A stretch of DNA of 64,000 nucleotides, taken from an uncultured Gammaproteobacteria bacterium. Its GTDB lineage: Bacteria; Patescibacteriota; Patescibacteriia; CAZGFX01. A program made the position numbers and the translations under genes. The stretch is from contig CAZGFX010000001.1 in assembly GCA_964524845.1 (NCBI GenBank), positions 75,823-139,822 of the forward strand, written 5' to 3'. Under the pieces are notes generated by a model. It ran no database searches. It was not told the origin of the DNA and saw nothing but the letters and a program-made list of their open reading frames with translations. This document shows positions 28,309 through 38,482 of this stretch, piece by piece; the first letter of the stretch is position 1; each line of letters begins with the position of its first letter.

Positions 28309-29076
28309 TTATTTATTTTCATCATTTATTACAGTGTCTTCATCAACATGGTCTTTTGTTTCTTCTGCGCCAATATTGTCTGAAATGTCTGAAACAATTT
28401 CTGTTTTTTCTATATTAGACAAACTAATATCCCCCTCCTGTCCAGCATCGTCATCCGTTTGTGTTTCGTTGGCTTTTTTAATAAGTGTATTAAGAAGATC
28501 ATCAACAGAAAGTCTATCATAATCAGGAAGCTGGTTTTTTGAAGTAAGTCCGAGATGCTGTAGAAAATCCGCTGTAATTTCATATAATGACACTGGGCTT
28601 GATTCGTTATTTTTCTCAGTGACAAATCCTCTGATTAACATATTACGAAGTATTATAGAACAATTCACTCCACGAATTTGTTCGATCTCTGCGCGAGAAA
28701 CGGGCCCTCTATACGCAATAATTGAAAGGGTTTCGAGTTGCGCTCGTGTTAATGGTCCTGAGTGATCTTCTTCAACAAACTCCTTAACAAATTCGGCGCA
28801 AGACGAAGCCGTAACTAACTGAACCTTGTTATCATGAAACATGATTGAAATACCTGATTCATGTGTATTAAATCTCCTAATAACATCATCGAGGGCGGCG
28901 CGCACATCTTCTTCAGAAGATCCGAGAGCCGTCACAATCTGACGAACTGATAATGGTCTACTGTGTACCACGAGCAGAGCTTCAATTTTGGCTTGTATTG
29001 ATAATTCTTTCTGTTTTTGCTCATCATGAACAATATTTACTTCGTGATCGTTTTCGAGCTGTTCATTATAATTCAT
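28309..29076 (-). CDS. scpB: segregation and condensation protein B
   Basis: Winged-helix region IEALLVVHSRPLSVRQIVTAL and a second wH. Paired with scpA. Acidic C-terminal extension. Confidence 0.75.
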   Translation of the reverse strand: MNYNEQLENDHEVNIVHDEQKQKELSIQAKIEALLVVHSRPLSVRQIVTALGSSEEDVRAALDDVIRRFNTHESGISIMFHDNKVQLVTASSCAEFVKEFVEEDHSGPLTRAQLETLSIIAYRGPVSRAEIEQIRGVNCSIILRNMLIRGFVTEKNNESSPVSLYEITADFLQHLGLTSKNQLPDYDRLSVDDLLNTLIKKANETQTDDDAGQEGDISLSNIEKTEIVSDISDNIGAEETKDHVDEDTVINDENK

Positions 29077-29084
29077 AAAATAAT

Positions 29085-29786
29085 TTAATCTCTACGAGTA
29101 ATAATAATATCTGCAAATAATCCATGTTGTTCGACATGAACGATCTGCTGTTTTACCAATTCGAGCACAGCAATAAAACTAATTACCTTGTCACGAACAT
29201 CTCCCATTGCAACATGCGAATGAAAGGATAACTTCATCTGCTGTGACAAGAGCTCTTTCAATGCTGTAATTTTTTGATGAAGTGTAATTGTTTTTTCAAT
29301 CAATGCCTTTGGAATCTTTATAATCGGACGAAGTGTGTCTATAAGCCGCACCAAAGCATTTGAAAGGGCCGACTGATTCAAATTATCAGCAGGTCGAAAC
29401 TTCGTCTCAATGACGTGTGGTGGTACATCGTTTGGACAAACTACTGCCCCACTACTATAAATCTTATTAATTTTGCGCGCCGCCCCGGAAAACTCTTTAT
29501 ACAAACGAAGCTGGTCCACAAGATTTGTTTCGTCTTCATCCTCATCAACCAAAAGATGTGGCATTAGAATTCTTGATTTTATATATAAAAGACGCGAAGC
29601 AACAAGCAAAAAATCCGCAATATCTGCGGGATCAATACGATCTCCTTCTTGTGTGATATATGCGAGATACTTATCGGTTACCTCTGCAAGTGATATCTCT
29701 GTTATATCTTTCTTTTTTTCAACAACAAGCTGGAGCAGAAGATCTAGCGGACCTGAAAAATCATTAATTGTAACTATATGAGCCAT
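29085..29786 (-). CDS. scpA: segregation and condensation protein A (kleisin)
   Basis: N-terminal FSGPLDLLLQLVVEKKKDITEISLAEVTDKYLAYI matches the ScpA kleisin N-terminal winged helix. Confidence 0.8.
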   Translation of the reverse strand: MAHIVTINDFSGPLDLLLQLVVEKKKDITEISLAEVTDKYLAYITQEGDRIDPADIADFLLVASRLLYIKSRILMPHLLVDEDEDETNLVDQLRLYKEFSGAARKINKIYSSGAVVCPNDVPPHVIETKFRPADNLNQSALSNALVRLIDTLRPIIKIPKALIEKTITLHQKITALKELLSQQMKLSFHSHVAMGDVRDKVISFIAVLELVKQQIVHVEQHGLFADIIITRRD

Positions 29787-29935
29787 AACGCGTTTTATTT
29801 TAGCAGAAATTACTATAATTTCAACGCCTCTTTAGCTGTTTTTTATCAAACAATTTGACAATTTATGATTTTATTTGTATTTTTAACACAAAAAACAATA
29901 AAAAACACTAATAAACAAGACGGAAGGAGCTGTTT

Positions 29936-30088
29936 ATGACGAGTTTCATTAAAAATATATCATCATTTTTCCTTTGGATACGAAACTACTTTGACGCTCT
30001 TGCACAGCTGTGGCCATGGACAGAAAAAGATATAAAACGTTATGAGTGCTTTTTATTGAAACCACAAAAAAATAACAAGGGAGTTTAA
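29936..30088 (+). CDS. small hypothetical protein (50 aa), tandem paralog of the next gene; not in the ORF track
   Basis: SD GGAAGGAG 6 nt upstream. Shares the motif F-L-x6-Y-x6-WxWT[ED]x[DE][IV]x[RK]YE with 30090..30380. Confidence 0.35.
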   Translation: MTSFIKNISSFFLWIRNYFDALAQLWPWTEKDIKRYECFLLKPQKNNKGV

Positions 30089-30089
30089 T

Positions 30090-30380
30090 ATGATTTATTA
30101 TATTAAAAATACGGTAATGAAATTCCTTTCTGTGTGTGGATATATTAAAAATGTTTATACATCATGGAAATGGACTGATGAGGAAGTGCAAAAATACGAG
30201 AACCTCATTCGAGAGTGGGGACAACTTGAAATCAGAGCCGCTCACGAAAAAATAGCGGAACCAATTCCAGAAAATATAAAAAATAAAATAGAAGAAGTCA
30301 GATCTAAAATAAGATCATTAAAAAAAACCGTATGGAAAAGAAGAAAAGAAGCTCTTTTCCCGAAAAAACAAGAGCATTGA
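30090..30380 (+). CDS. hypothetical protein (96 aa), paralog of the preceding small ORF
   Basis: SD AAGGGAG upstream. SWKWTDEEVQKYENL motif shared with the upstream 50-aa ORF. Confidence 0.4.
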   Translation: MIYYIKNTVMKFLSVCGYIKNVYTSWKWTDEEVQKYENLIREWGQLEIRAAHEKIAEPIPENIKNKIEEVRSKIRSLKKTVWKRRKEALFPKKQEH

Positions 30381-30405
30381 TTTAATAATCAATGCTTTTT
30401 TATTT

Positions 30406-30870
30406 TTAAGAGATACTGTCAAAAAATGCCTTTTTAACACTAAATTGAAACTCGTCTGGAACAAACATGTTGTTATTGATTAGTGTTCGTCTTACAATTG
30501 TTTTTTGAAACTCCCTAAATGTTAATTTCAATAAAATAATTTCTGAAACAACATCATTATTTTGTTTTATACAATGAAGAGCTTTCTCGGCTTTTGTTCT
30601 TATGTCTTTTTCTACAAGAAGAATCGAAAAAGTCTCAGAAGATTGTTTTTTAAAATGACCTCCAAATATATTCAACAAAACCATTAATTGAAGATAAAAA
30701 TGAGTGAGTATTGTTACATAATCATCGTCCTCTTCAGGATCAGATAATAAAAAAGAGAAGGCTCTTTCGTTACTAGTTGTAAGATGCTCTATAATCAGCT
30801 CACAACAATGATCAAAATAAGGCGTTACAATTTCATTTGAAGATGAGCCTATTTTTGTTTGGTTTTTCAT
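30406..30870 (-). CDS. hypothetical protein
   Basis: 154-aa ORF with no recognisable motif. Confidence 0.4.
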   Translation of the reverse strand: MKNQTKIGSSSNEIVTPYFDHCCELIIEHLTTSNERAFSFLLSDPEEDDDYVTILTHFYLQLMVLLNIFGGHFKKQSSETFSILLVEKDIRTKAEKALHCIKQNNDVVSEIILLKLTFREFQKTIVRRTLINNNMFVPDEFQFSVKKAFFDSIS

Positions 30871-31040
30871 AACAAACCTCCTTGTTTCGACAAAGACCGG
30901 CCAGTCTTTGACTAATTTGTTTATTTTTTCTTTTAAATATACAATTTTTAATTAGATTTGACAAGTGAATAAAAAAGTAATAGCATACAAAGGAAAAAAC
31001 AACCAAAAAGCTATCACATCTAGCAGGGGAAGGAGAAAAA

Positions 31041-31703
31041 ATGACAAAAAGAATCAAACAAGTATTAAAAGGACTTCGTAGAAAAAAAACACACCAAAAA
31101 AAAGTTATTAAAAAAACAGCCAAACCAGAAACAAATCCTGTTTGGAGTATTATTCGAGAATTGATTCTCAAAGGAAATTACGACACTGCGTTTATAACGC
31201 TGGATAATTTTGTTAAAGCAAACAAAAACAATCCAGAAAATATTGTAGACGAAATGCTATCAGTGTTCATATTTTGCATCAAAATGGGAATATGCAAAGA
31301 ATCATTTATCTTTTACAAAAACAACGAGCACATAAGAGAAGTTTTCATTTCAACTGAAAAAGAAAAAATATTAATTGAAAAGATAATAGACCGCGCAATT
31401 CAAGAACACGACCTAGAAATCTTTCTCGATGTTCATGATATAATAAAAAAGGAGCCGAGTGTTGACGATAAAATACATTTTTTTGATCAGTGTATAATTG
31501 ATTATTCGAATCTTTCTATAACTGAGGTTTTAAACATAATTGAACACATGCTCAAATCAAAAATCATAGATGATCACAAAAAAACGGAGTTTATAAAAGA
31601 AATAAAAGAAAAAGCAACGGAGCAAAAACAATATGATATTGTGGATACAATCGATGATATGATATCAAAAATTGTCTCATTGTCATTATTTGAAGGAGAT
31701 TAA
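31041..31703 (+). CDS. hypothetical protein
   Basis: 220-aa ORF with a basic N-terminus and no recognisable motif. Confidence 0.4.
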   Translation: MTKRIKQVLKGLRRKKTHQKKVIKKTAKPETNPVWSIIRELILKGNYDTAFITLDNFVKANKNNPENIVDEMLSVFIFCIKMGICKESFIFYKNNEHIREVFISTEKEKILIEKIIDRAIQEHDLEIFLDVHDIIKKEPSVDDKIHFFDQCIIDYSNLSITEVLNIIEHMLKSKIIDDHKKTEFIKEIKEKATEQKQYDIVDTIDDMISKIVSLSLFEGD

Positions 31704-31841
31704 ACAGATTTTTAATTAAAGCGCGTATATACGCGCTTTTTGAATATTATATTTAAATTTACATCGAGCTTGACTTTTTCTATTAATATGGTAAAGTATT
31801 CTCAATAAAAAACAACAAAAAACATACACGGAGACACGGAA

Positions 31842-32468
31842 ATGGAAACAATTAGTTTTAAAAGAAAGCCACTTAGAAATTCTGGTATATTTCATGAAAA
31901 AAGAAGAGACATAATACAAAAACTTATGTTTTTGTTTGTTATCATTGTTTTGGCGTATATCACAATTGATCAACCAGAAAATTCTTCTGTTGTGTTTTTT
32001 TCACAAGAGGAACTTCTTGTTCTAGAGAAAAACTTCAACACTATTAAAGAGCTAAACGAAAGATCGTCTTATGTTCACTTTGAAAAAATAAACAAATCTC
32101 TTGATGAGTTGTATTCTTATCTAGTGAAAAACAACGGGCATCAAAATGTACGGCCTGCTCCAAGTTTCGCAACTGTTGTGGGTCTAGTGTCTGATATCAT
32201 GGTAAATATTGATCTCGCAAAAGAAAGAAATTTAGAAAACGCTTATTTCTTAAAAGAAAATCTAATATTTCAACTCAGATCGCCGTCTCAATTCATAATC
32301 GCTTATCAAAATATTGGGAACAATGATAACAAGATAAAAGGATACGAGAAAAAACTTGTTGATATGTTAATAAAAATAAAACAGGAATTCTATATAGATC
32401 CCAAACTGGTAATCAATGAATCAAAAAATAAACAAAAATTACTTTTGGCAAAAAGGAGAGAAAGATGA
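31842..32468 (+). CDS. hypothetical membrane-anchored protein
   Basis: 208-aa ORF with one N-terminal TM helix. No motif. Confidence 0.4.
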   Translation: METISFKRKPLRNSGIFHEKRRDIIQKLMFLFVIIVLAYITIDQPENSSVVFFSQEELLVLEKNFNTIKELNERSSYVHFEKINKSLDELYSYLVKNNGHQNVRPAPSFATVVGLVSDIMVNIDLAKERNLENAYFLKENLIFQLRSPSQFIIAYQNIGNNDNKIKGYEKKLVDMLIKIKQEFYIDPKLVINESKNKQKLLLAKRRER

Positions 32469-32623
32469 ACGCTGTACTAGACAAATTAGAAATCGAAACC
32501 GAAACCCGATTAATGATCGAGGATACCAAAAGAAAAGTTTTGAGTCCTGTGTGTTTATTTATCGGATCATTTATAGCAATTGCCTTAATGATCGTGGCAA
32601 AATGGCTATATAGCCTTATTTAA
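32465..32623 (+). CDS. small tail-anchored membrane protein (52 aa); not in the ORF track
   Basis: ATGA start/stop overlap with the upstream gene. SD AAAAGGAGAG. Single C-terminal TM helix. Confidence 0.3.
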   Translation: MNAVLDKLEIETETRLMIEDTKRKVLSPVCLFIGSFIAIALMIVAKWLYSLI

Positions 32624-32708
32624 AAAAACAATCAACACATAAAAGTAAAGCAGTGTATAAATACACTGCTTTTTCTTTTTCCAATGAAATCCAATTATTT
32701 AAATCCTT

Positions 32709-34634
32709 TTATTTCGATATTTTCACTTCCTCAAAACGTATCACTTTTTTCAAATCTTCTAGTTTCATGGAAATTGTCGCGTCCTTTCTTCCTGGTTGCA
32801 TGAAAACTACATCTGTAGAATAAGATGTGTCTATGATCATCTTAATTGGCTTTACAAATAAATGCCCAAACGGAGGAACGGCTCCGATTTGAACACCAGA
32901 CACAGACTCGACCTCTTCCGGAGTTGCCATCGTCATTGCTTTTTCTCCACACACATCAGCAAGTGCATTCCAATCAAGTTTCACATCTCCAGGAATAACA
33001 GCGAGATAGAATGTTGGTGATTTTTCTTTGTTTTTCACAACAATTGATTTCGCTGCTTGATTCATCCGTGCGCCGCACACACGAGCGGCATCCTCTGATG
33101 TCTCTACTGGAGCGTGTTCAATACACTCAAAATGAATTCCTTTGCGTTTAAGTTCGTTTATTATTTTATCAAACAATGGTTGCGAAAATGAGCTTATAAT
33201 TCCAGCTTCATCCAAGGCCTTCTTCGAAACAGGGCCTGGAGCATCCATCATGAGATCACGAGCATCAGACGTCTTTGGAAACGGTATAACCTCTCTAATA
33301 TTCGGCTCATTCGCGAGAATCGCAACAATACGATCAACTCCCCAAGCGATGCCGCCGTGTGGCGGCGCACCAAATGAAAATGCTTTAAGCATGTGCCCAA
33401 ATTGAGAATCTATTTCATCGGCTGTAAATCCCATAATTTCAAAAACAGCACGGAGTGCCTTCGGCAAATGATTTCTAATTGATCCGCCTCCTATTTCAAA
33501 GCCATTCAAAACAACATCGTATTGCGCCGCGCGAATCGATCCTATGTTTTTCTTTTCCAAAAGATCATTCATATATTCAGGTTTTGGAGCGGAAAAAGGA
33601 TTGTGAGTAAACGTCCACCCACCGTCTTCCGTCTTTTCAAAAAAAGGAAAATCTACAACCCAACAAAATGCAAGAAGATCGGGATCGTTTTTGTCTGTAC
33701 GAATATCAGGATGGTCCGTGCCATATTTCTTAATAGACTCATCATATGATATACGAGGAAAAGGAATTTGTTGAATTTTCTTTTGAGGAGAGACTTTTTT
33801 TATTATTGTAATCAACGCGTCCTCAATAAGTGTTATAATATCTTCTTCCGTCGGAAAAGACATTTCAAGGTCCATTTGTGTAAACTCCGGTTGTCTGTCT
33901 CCGCGTTGATCTTCGTCTCGAAAACATCTGGCAAATTGGAAGTATTTTTCCACGCCCCCAACCATGAGAAGTTGCTTGAACTGTTGCGGACTCTGTGGCA
34001 ATACGTAAAATTTTCCCTGATGCTGACGCGAAGGTACTATAAACTCACGAGCACCTTCTGGCGTTCCTCTGGTCAACAAAGGTGTTTCTATTTCAAAAAA
34101 ACCCTTGTCCCAAAAATATTCTCTCGTCCTGCGGACAAACTCATGTCTCAGTTTTATATCATTCAAAACTCTTTCATGCCTTAGATCTAAATATCTATAT
34201 GTGAAACGTAGCTCCTCGGATGCTTGGCGTTCTTCCGTGTTAATTTCAAAAGGAGGAAGATCTGATTCTGCATACACGGTAATCGCATCGAGTAAAAGCT
34301 CTACTTTGCCATTTGTTCCTTCTTTTTCTTGTCCTTTCTCACGCGGAGCAACACTTCCTTCAATAGATATACAATACTCATTTTTTAAAGATTTTATTAA
34401 AACCACACACTCATCTGTTATCTTATTCATATCAACAACAACCTGTACCAACCCAGTCACATCCCTAACCTCCAAAAAGAAAAGCTTCGCGCTGACTTTG
34501 CGAATACGATTCACCCAACCTTTTATATTAACTTTCTTTCCAACACAAAGCTCGAGATTGCTAATAAGTGTTCTCTGTTCGTTCATAAAATTATTTTTGA
34601 TAATTCCTAATCGCTGTAACAACTTTTGAATCAT
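32709..34634 (-). CDS. aspS: aspartyl-tRNA synthetase with a fused C-terminal YbaK/ProX-type aminoacyl-tRNA deacylase domain
   Basis: Class II aaRS motifs FTQMDLEMSF and GGIAWGVDRIVAIL. The last ~170 aa (KSIVVKNKEKSPTFYLAVIPGDVKLDWNALADVCGEK...ATPEEVESVSGVQIGAVPPFGH) match the YbaK/ProX trans-editing fold. Confidence 0.85.
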   Translation of the reverse strand: MIQKLLQRLGIIKNNFMNEQRTLISNLELCVGKKVNIKGWVNRIRKVSAKLFFLEVRDVTGLVQVVVDMNKITDECVVLIKSLKNEYCISIEGSVAPREKGQEKEGTNGKVELLLDAITVYAESDLPPFEINTEERQASEELRFTYRYLDLRHERVLNDIKLRHEFVRRTREYFWDKGFFEIETPLLTRGTPEGAREFIVPSRQHQGKFYVLPQSPQQFKQLLMVGGVEKYFQFARCFRDEDQRGDRQPEFTQMDLEMSFPTEEDIITLIEDALITIIKKVSPQKKIQQIPFPRISYDESIKKYGTDHPDIRTDKNDPDLLAFCWVVDFPFFEKTEDGGWTFTHNPFSAPKPEYMNDLLEKKNIGSIRAAQYDVVLNGFEIGGGSIRNHLPKALRAVFEIMGFTADEIDSQFGHMLKAFSFGAPPHGGIAWGVDRIVAILANEPNIREVIPFPKTSDARDLMMDAPGPVSKKALDEAGIISSFSQPLFDKIINELKRKGIHFECIEHAPVETSEDAARVCGARMNQAAKSIVVKNKEKSPTFYLAVIPGDVKLDWNALADVCGEKAMTMATPEEVESVSGVQIGAVPPFGHLFVKPIKMIIDTSYSTDVVFMQPGRKDATISMKLEDLKKVIRFEEVKISK

Positions 34635-34977
34635 CTCTTAAATCTTCAATAAATAAAACGTGCTCTCGGTTTATATTCATATAATCTTCCGGCCCATGAA
34701 GCTCATTTCCGAGTTTTACTAACGACAAATCACCTGTTTTATCATTGGTTGTTTCATCAGAATTCTTTTTCTCCGTCTGCAAATAATATATATTTTCTAG
34801 TTTTATGGTATGTTCTTTTTGTTTGGTAATTTTGCCAAAATAAACCTGTCCATTATCTAGAAATACGGCTTGATATTCTTTTGATAGCGAAGTGATTGAA
34901 GTATAACGATCAACGCAATACCAACCACCAACGACAACTAGAATAACGATAACAATAAGATAGAGTATACGAATCAT
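34591..34977 (-). CDS. hypothetical membrane-anchored protein
   Basis: 128-aa ORF with an N-terminal TM helix. Overlaps the aspS start by ~44 nt. Confidence 0.35.
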   Translation of the reverse strand: MIRILYLIVIVILVVVGGWYCVDRYTSITSLSKEYQAVFLDNGQVYFGKITKQKEHTIKLENIYYLQTEKKNSDETTNDKTGDLSLVKLGNELHGPEDYMNINREHVLFIEDLRDDSKVVTAIRNYQK

Positions 34978-35081
34978 ATTACTAAATATTACGCTGATAA
35001 GTATATCATAATATATGCCGAAAAACCACTAAAAAATAAGGTGATTTACGTTTAAATTAATATTCTATTTGAATTTAACAA

Positions 35082-36872
35082 CTACATTCGTTCGACAGAA
35101 TCTATTCCTAAAATTTCAAGTCCGGTCTTGATAATATTGCCGGTAATTGCCGTTAAAATTAATCTGGTTTTTTTCTGTTCATTTGTATCTGCCTTTAAAA
35201 TTGAGTGAGCATTGTACAAAGCATTATATCTCTGAGCAAGCTCAAAAAGATATACGCACATAACATGCGGATGATACTCTTGAGCGGCATTCAGTATCGT
35301 CTCCTCCCATCTACATATATGTCGTATAAGCGATGCTTCTTCTTTTACAAAAGGCTCGACAGCAATCAAACTGGATATTTTTTCATCCGAATTTTTCAGA
35401 ACGCTCTGAGTACGCACATAAGTATACTCGAGATAAAGCGCTGAGTTCCCTTCAAGATTAACCGACTCTTCGAGATCAAATGAAGTATCCACTGTGCGAC
35501 CAACCTTGAGAATGCTGTATTTTACAGCTCCAACAGCAAGTGTTTCTGCCATCTTTTCAATTTCATTGTCAGTAAATTTCTCAGGATCAATTTTTTTCTT
35601 AATTTCAAATTTAACCAGATCGATCAGGTCGTCTATATATACCACATTTCCGAGGCGAGAACTCATCTTACCCTGCCCTTTTAAACTCATATATCCATAA
35701 GGAATGTGTGTAAGTGAATCGTATTTTGCTATACCAAGTTGATCACACACCGCAAACATTTGTTTCATCGCAAGCGATTGCTCGGGTCCGATCACCCAAA
35801 ACAGTCGATCGGCTTTATATTTTTTCTTTTTCAAATGTGTAAGCGCAATATCCTGTGTAATATATAATGATGTTCCGTCTGATTTCTGTAATATAGTATC
35901 AGTAAGATCGTATACACTGAGATTTGTAAGAACGGCACCATCTTCCAAAATAGTAAAAAACCCCTTTTCAACTCCTTTTTTTACGAAATCTTTTCCTTCC
36001 TTATAGTGTTCATGTTCGTGCCATACGTTGTCCCATTTGTTTCCTATTCTATTAAGGGTCAGTTGTTGCCCTTCATAAGAATATTTCAATATGTGTGCCC
36101 ATAATTCACGAACGAGTTTATCATCATTTTCCCATGCGACAACGAGCTCTCTTATTTCTTTTTCCACTAATTCATTTTTTTTGAACTCATCATCAGCAAG
36201 AATATAAAATCGTTCAGCAAACTTATCAGGAGACATTTTCATAGATTCTGGAGTATGCCACTCATTCTTGTGCTCTGACCAATATGATATATCGGCAATG
36301 TTTTTTTCTTCTTTATGACCAAGAACAAGGAAACCCCACATCATTTTCGCAATTGCGATACCCCTGTTGTTATCAATGCAATCTCTCACTACAGAAACTC
36401 CTGAAAACTCCCAAATATTTGCAATCGCCATGCCGGTTACGTTGTTTCGAAGGTGGCCAAGGTGCATCGCCTTGTTCGGGTTCGGTGATGTATGTTCAAT
36501 CACCCACTTCTCCCCATTGCCCCAATTGTTTTTCCCGTATGAGTCTTTTTGTTTTAAAATATTATCGAGCTGATCAACATACCAAGACTCGGAAATTGTA
36601 ATGTTTATAAATCCTGGAGCAACAGCTTTTACTTCTCCGTATTTGACTATGTCTTTCTGTAATTTTTCAACAAGTTCATTTGCGATCATTATTGGAGATT
36701 TTTTCATTTCTTTTGAAATAGAAAGAGCAATCGTGGTGGCATAATCACCGAAAGACTCGTCTTTTGGCCTCTCCAAAACGATAGAATCTTCTTCAATCGA
36801 AACTCCATAAACCGAATTAACGGCTTTTTTAATGGATTTTTTAACTTCTTTTTCCATCTGATCAAATATCAT
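35082..36872 (-). CDS. argS: arginyl-tRNA synthetase
   Basis: HIGH-type motif region HTSPNPNKAMHLGHLRN, a C-terminal DALR anticodon-binding domain, and ArgRS-like length. Confidence 0.9.
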   Translation of the reverse strand: MIFDQMEKEVKKSIKKAVNSVYGVSIEEDSIVLERPKDESFGDYATTIALSISKEMKKSPIMIANELVEKLQKDIVKYGEVKAVAPGFINITISESWYVDQLDNILKQKDSYGKNNWGNGEKWVIEHTSPNPNKAMHLGHLRNNVTGMAIANIWEFSGVSVVRDCIDNNRGIAIAKMMWGFLVLGHKEEKNIADISYWSEHKNEWHTPESMKMSPDKFAERFYILADDEFKKNELVEKEIRELVVAWENDDKLVRELWAHILKYSYEGQQLTLNRIGNKWDNVWHEHEHYKEGKDFVKKGVEKGFFTILEDGAVLTNLSVYDLTDTILQKSDGTSLYITQDIALTHLKKKKYKADRLFWVIGPEQSLAMKQMFAVCDQLGIAKYDSLTHIPYGYMSLKGQGKMSSRLGNVVYIDDLIDLVKFEIKKKIDPEKFTDNEIEKMAETLAVGAVKYSILKVGRTVDTSFDLEESVNLEGNSALYLEYTYVRTQSVLKNSDEKISSLIAVEPFVKEEASLIRHICRWEETILNAAQEYHPHVMCVYLFELAQRYNALYNAHSILKADTNEQKKTRLILTAITGNIIKTGLEILGIDSVERM

Positions 36873-36961
36873 ATGTGTTAATAATATTGTATTCTAGCCA
36901 AAAAGTAAAACATGTTTTCCTAAAAATTACGATTTGTCATAATTATTGTTACAATATACAC

Positions 36962-37558
36962 ATGCACACACTAAATGTTCCATACATATCTCAATTTGAT
37001 GATAAAATAAAAAATATATACAAAACTAGAGGGTGTGGTTTCGCGTGTCTTTGTATGATATTAGAATATTTTAATATAAAACTCATTTTCGATGATATAA
37101 CTCGATTTATTGAAAAAGATAAGATATTAAACGAAAAACAACTTTGGGATCACAAAGGAATTATTTCAATAGCACAAAATAATGGACTTTACGGTTATAG
37201 GATGAATTATTCTTATATATATTCCATTCCTGTCATCGTGTCTTATGCTTTTAAATTATTTTTGGAAACCTTGTCTATAAAAAGCATTCGCATGCTTCTT
37301 CAAACAATCTTTTATACGAAAATAAACGGCTCTATAAATGATATAAAAAGAATAATCTCATTAAAAATACCTGTTATAGCATCAATGAAACCAGAATACT
37401 TGCAACAAGAGACGGACACTCATCTTGTTGTAATTGTCGGATATGATGATGATAACTTCTTCGTCCATGATCCACATACACACGGACCGCACAGCAATAT
37501 CTCATACAAAGACTTTCAAAATAAATGGACCAAAAGAACCATAGTTATATTTCAATAA
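36962..37558 (+). CDS. peptidase C39-like (papain-fold) family protein
   Basis: LNVPYISQ start. Catalytic Cys context GCGFACLCM and His in VVIVGYDDDNFFVHDPH, as in the Peptidase_C39_2 family. The start is moved to the ATG at 36962 because the track ORF abuts the divergent argS start. Confidence 0.55.
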   Translation: MHTLNVPYISQFDDKIKNIYKTRGCGFACLCMILEYFNIKLIFDDITRFIEKDKILNEKQLWDHKGIISIAQNNGLYGYRMNYSYIYSIPVIVSYAFKLFLETLSIKSIRMLLQTIFYTKINGSINDIKRIISLKIPVIASMKPEYLQQETDTHLVVIVGYDDDNFFVHDPHTHGPHSNISYKDFQNKWTKRTIVIFQ

Positions 37559-38004
37559 TGTTTTTACAAACAAACGCACAAAACAAATCATTTACAAAAT
37601 AAATGGTCTTTTTTGTTTTTTTATTTCCATAATTTTCAAAACAAAGAAAACAGCCTTACCGGAGTTATCCGAGCAAGGCTGTAGTCCAAACTATGAAACA
37701 AGGACATATATAGATCGCGGGTGTAAAAAGATGTAAGGGATATTTTTACCTGCGAGAAATATACTCTCTCTCCTCATCCATAGCGTTCTGCTGTGTTGTG
37801 TATAACACTTCAGGACGCTATGTACGAGACTCAACTTACATGTACATAATAGCATATCTACAAAATAAGGTCAATATAGGAAAAACACTGTCAATAAGCC
37901 ATTATTCCGTTTTATATAAAATAAAATGGCTTTACAATTAAATTAATTTAGTGTTATAATTTAATTGTCCCTGTTGATAATATCTGAATAACTTTGTATA
38001 AAAT

Positions 38005-38466
38005 ATGAAGATTTTGGCTACAAACAAAGAATTTGGCAGATCTTACTCACTCGTAGAAGAATACGAGGCAGGTATTGTATTAACAGGAAACGAGGTAAAA
38101 AGCGCGAAACAAGGACATATACAAATGAAAGGTGCTTATATTAGCGCGAAAAACGGTCAATTGTGGCTAAAAAACACTCATATATCTCAATATGCTCATG
38201 CAGCCCAAAAAGAAAAATATGATCCTATTCGAGAACGAAAACTTCTTATGCACAAAAAAGAGATTGTGAGTATTTCTTCAAAAGCAAAAGAGAAGGGGCT
38301 TACTCTTATTCCTTTATCCTTGTATGCAAAAAATGGCTTTGTAAAGGTGAAAATAGCTCTGGCAAAGGGAAAAACAACGAGAGATAAACGCGCTGAAATG
38401 CGAAAAAAAGATATTGATAAAACAATTCGTCAGGCACTGAAAAAGCGCTTGACTATCCGTCTTTAA
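38005..38466 (+). CDS. smpB: SsrA-binding protein
   Basis: Typical SmpB sequence and length (153 aa) with a basic C-terminal tail. A tmRNA gene follows immediately. Confidence 0.85.
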   Translation: MKILATNKEFGRSYSLVEEYEAGIVLTGNEVKSAKQGHIQMKGAYISAKNGQLWLKNTHISQYAHAAQKEKYDPIRERKLLMHKKEIVSISSKAKEKGLTLIPLSLYAKNGFVKVKIALAKGKTTRDKRAEMRKKDIDKTIRQALKKRLTIRL

Positions 38467-38482
38467 GCCTATACACTATCAC

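Noticed and set aside
36875-36961. N-terminal 29 codons of the track ORF 36875..37558
   Set aside because: It would start 3 nt from the divergent argS start codon, leaving no promoter space. The family-typical LNVPYISQ start follows the internal ATG at 36962.
37640-37700. SRP RNA domain IV-like hairpin (CAGCCUU-AC-CGG-aguuau-CCG-AGCA-AGGCUG) upstream of smpB
   Set aside because: It has an AGCA internal-loop motif but a hexaloop instead of GNRA, and it lacks the conserved 5' AGG strand. Too weak to call.
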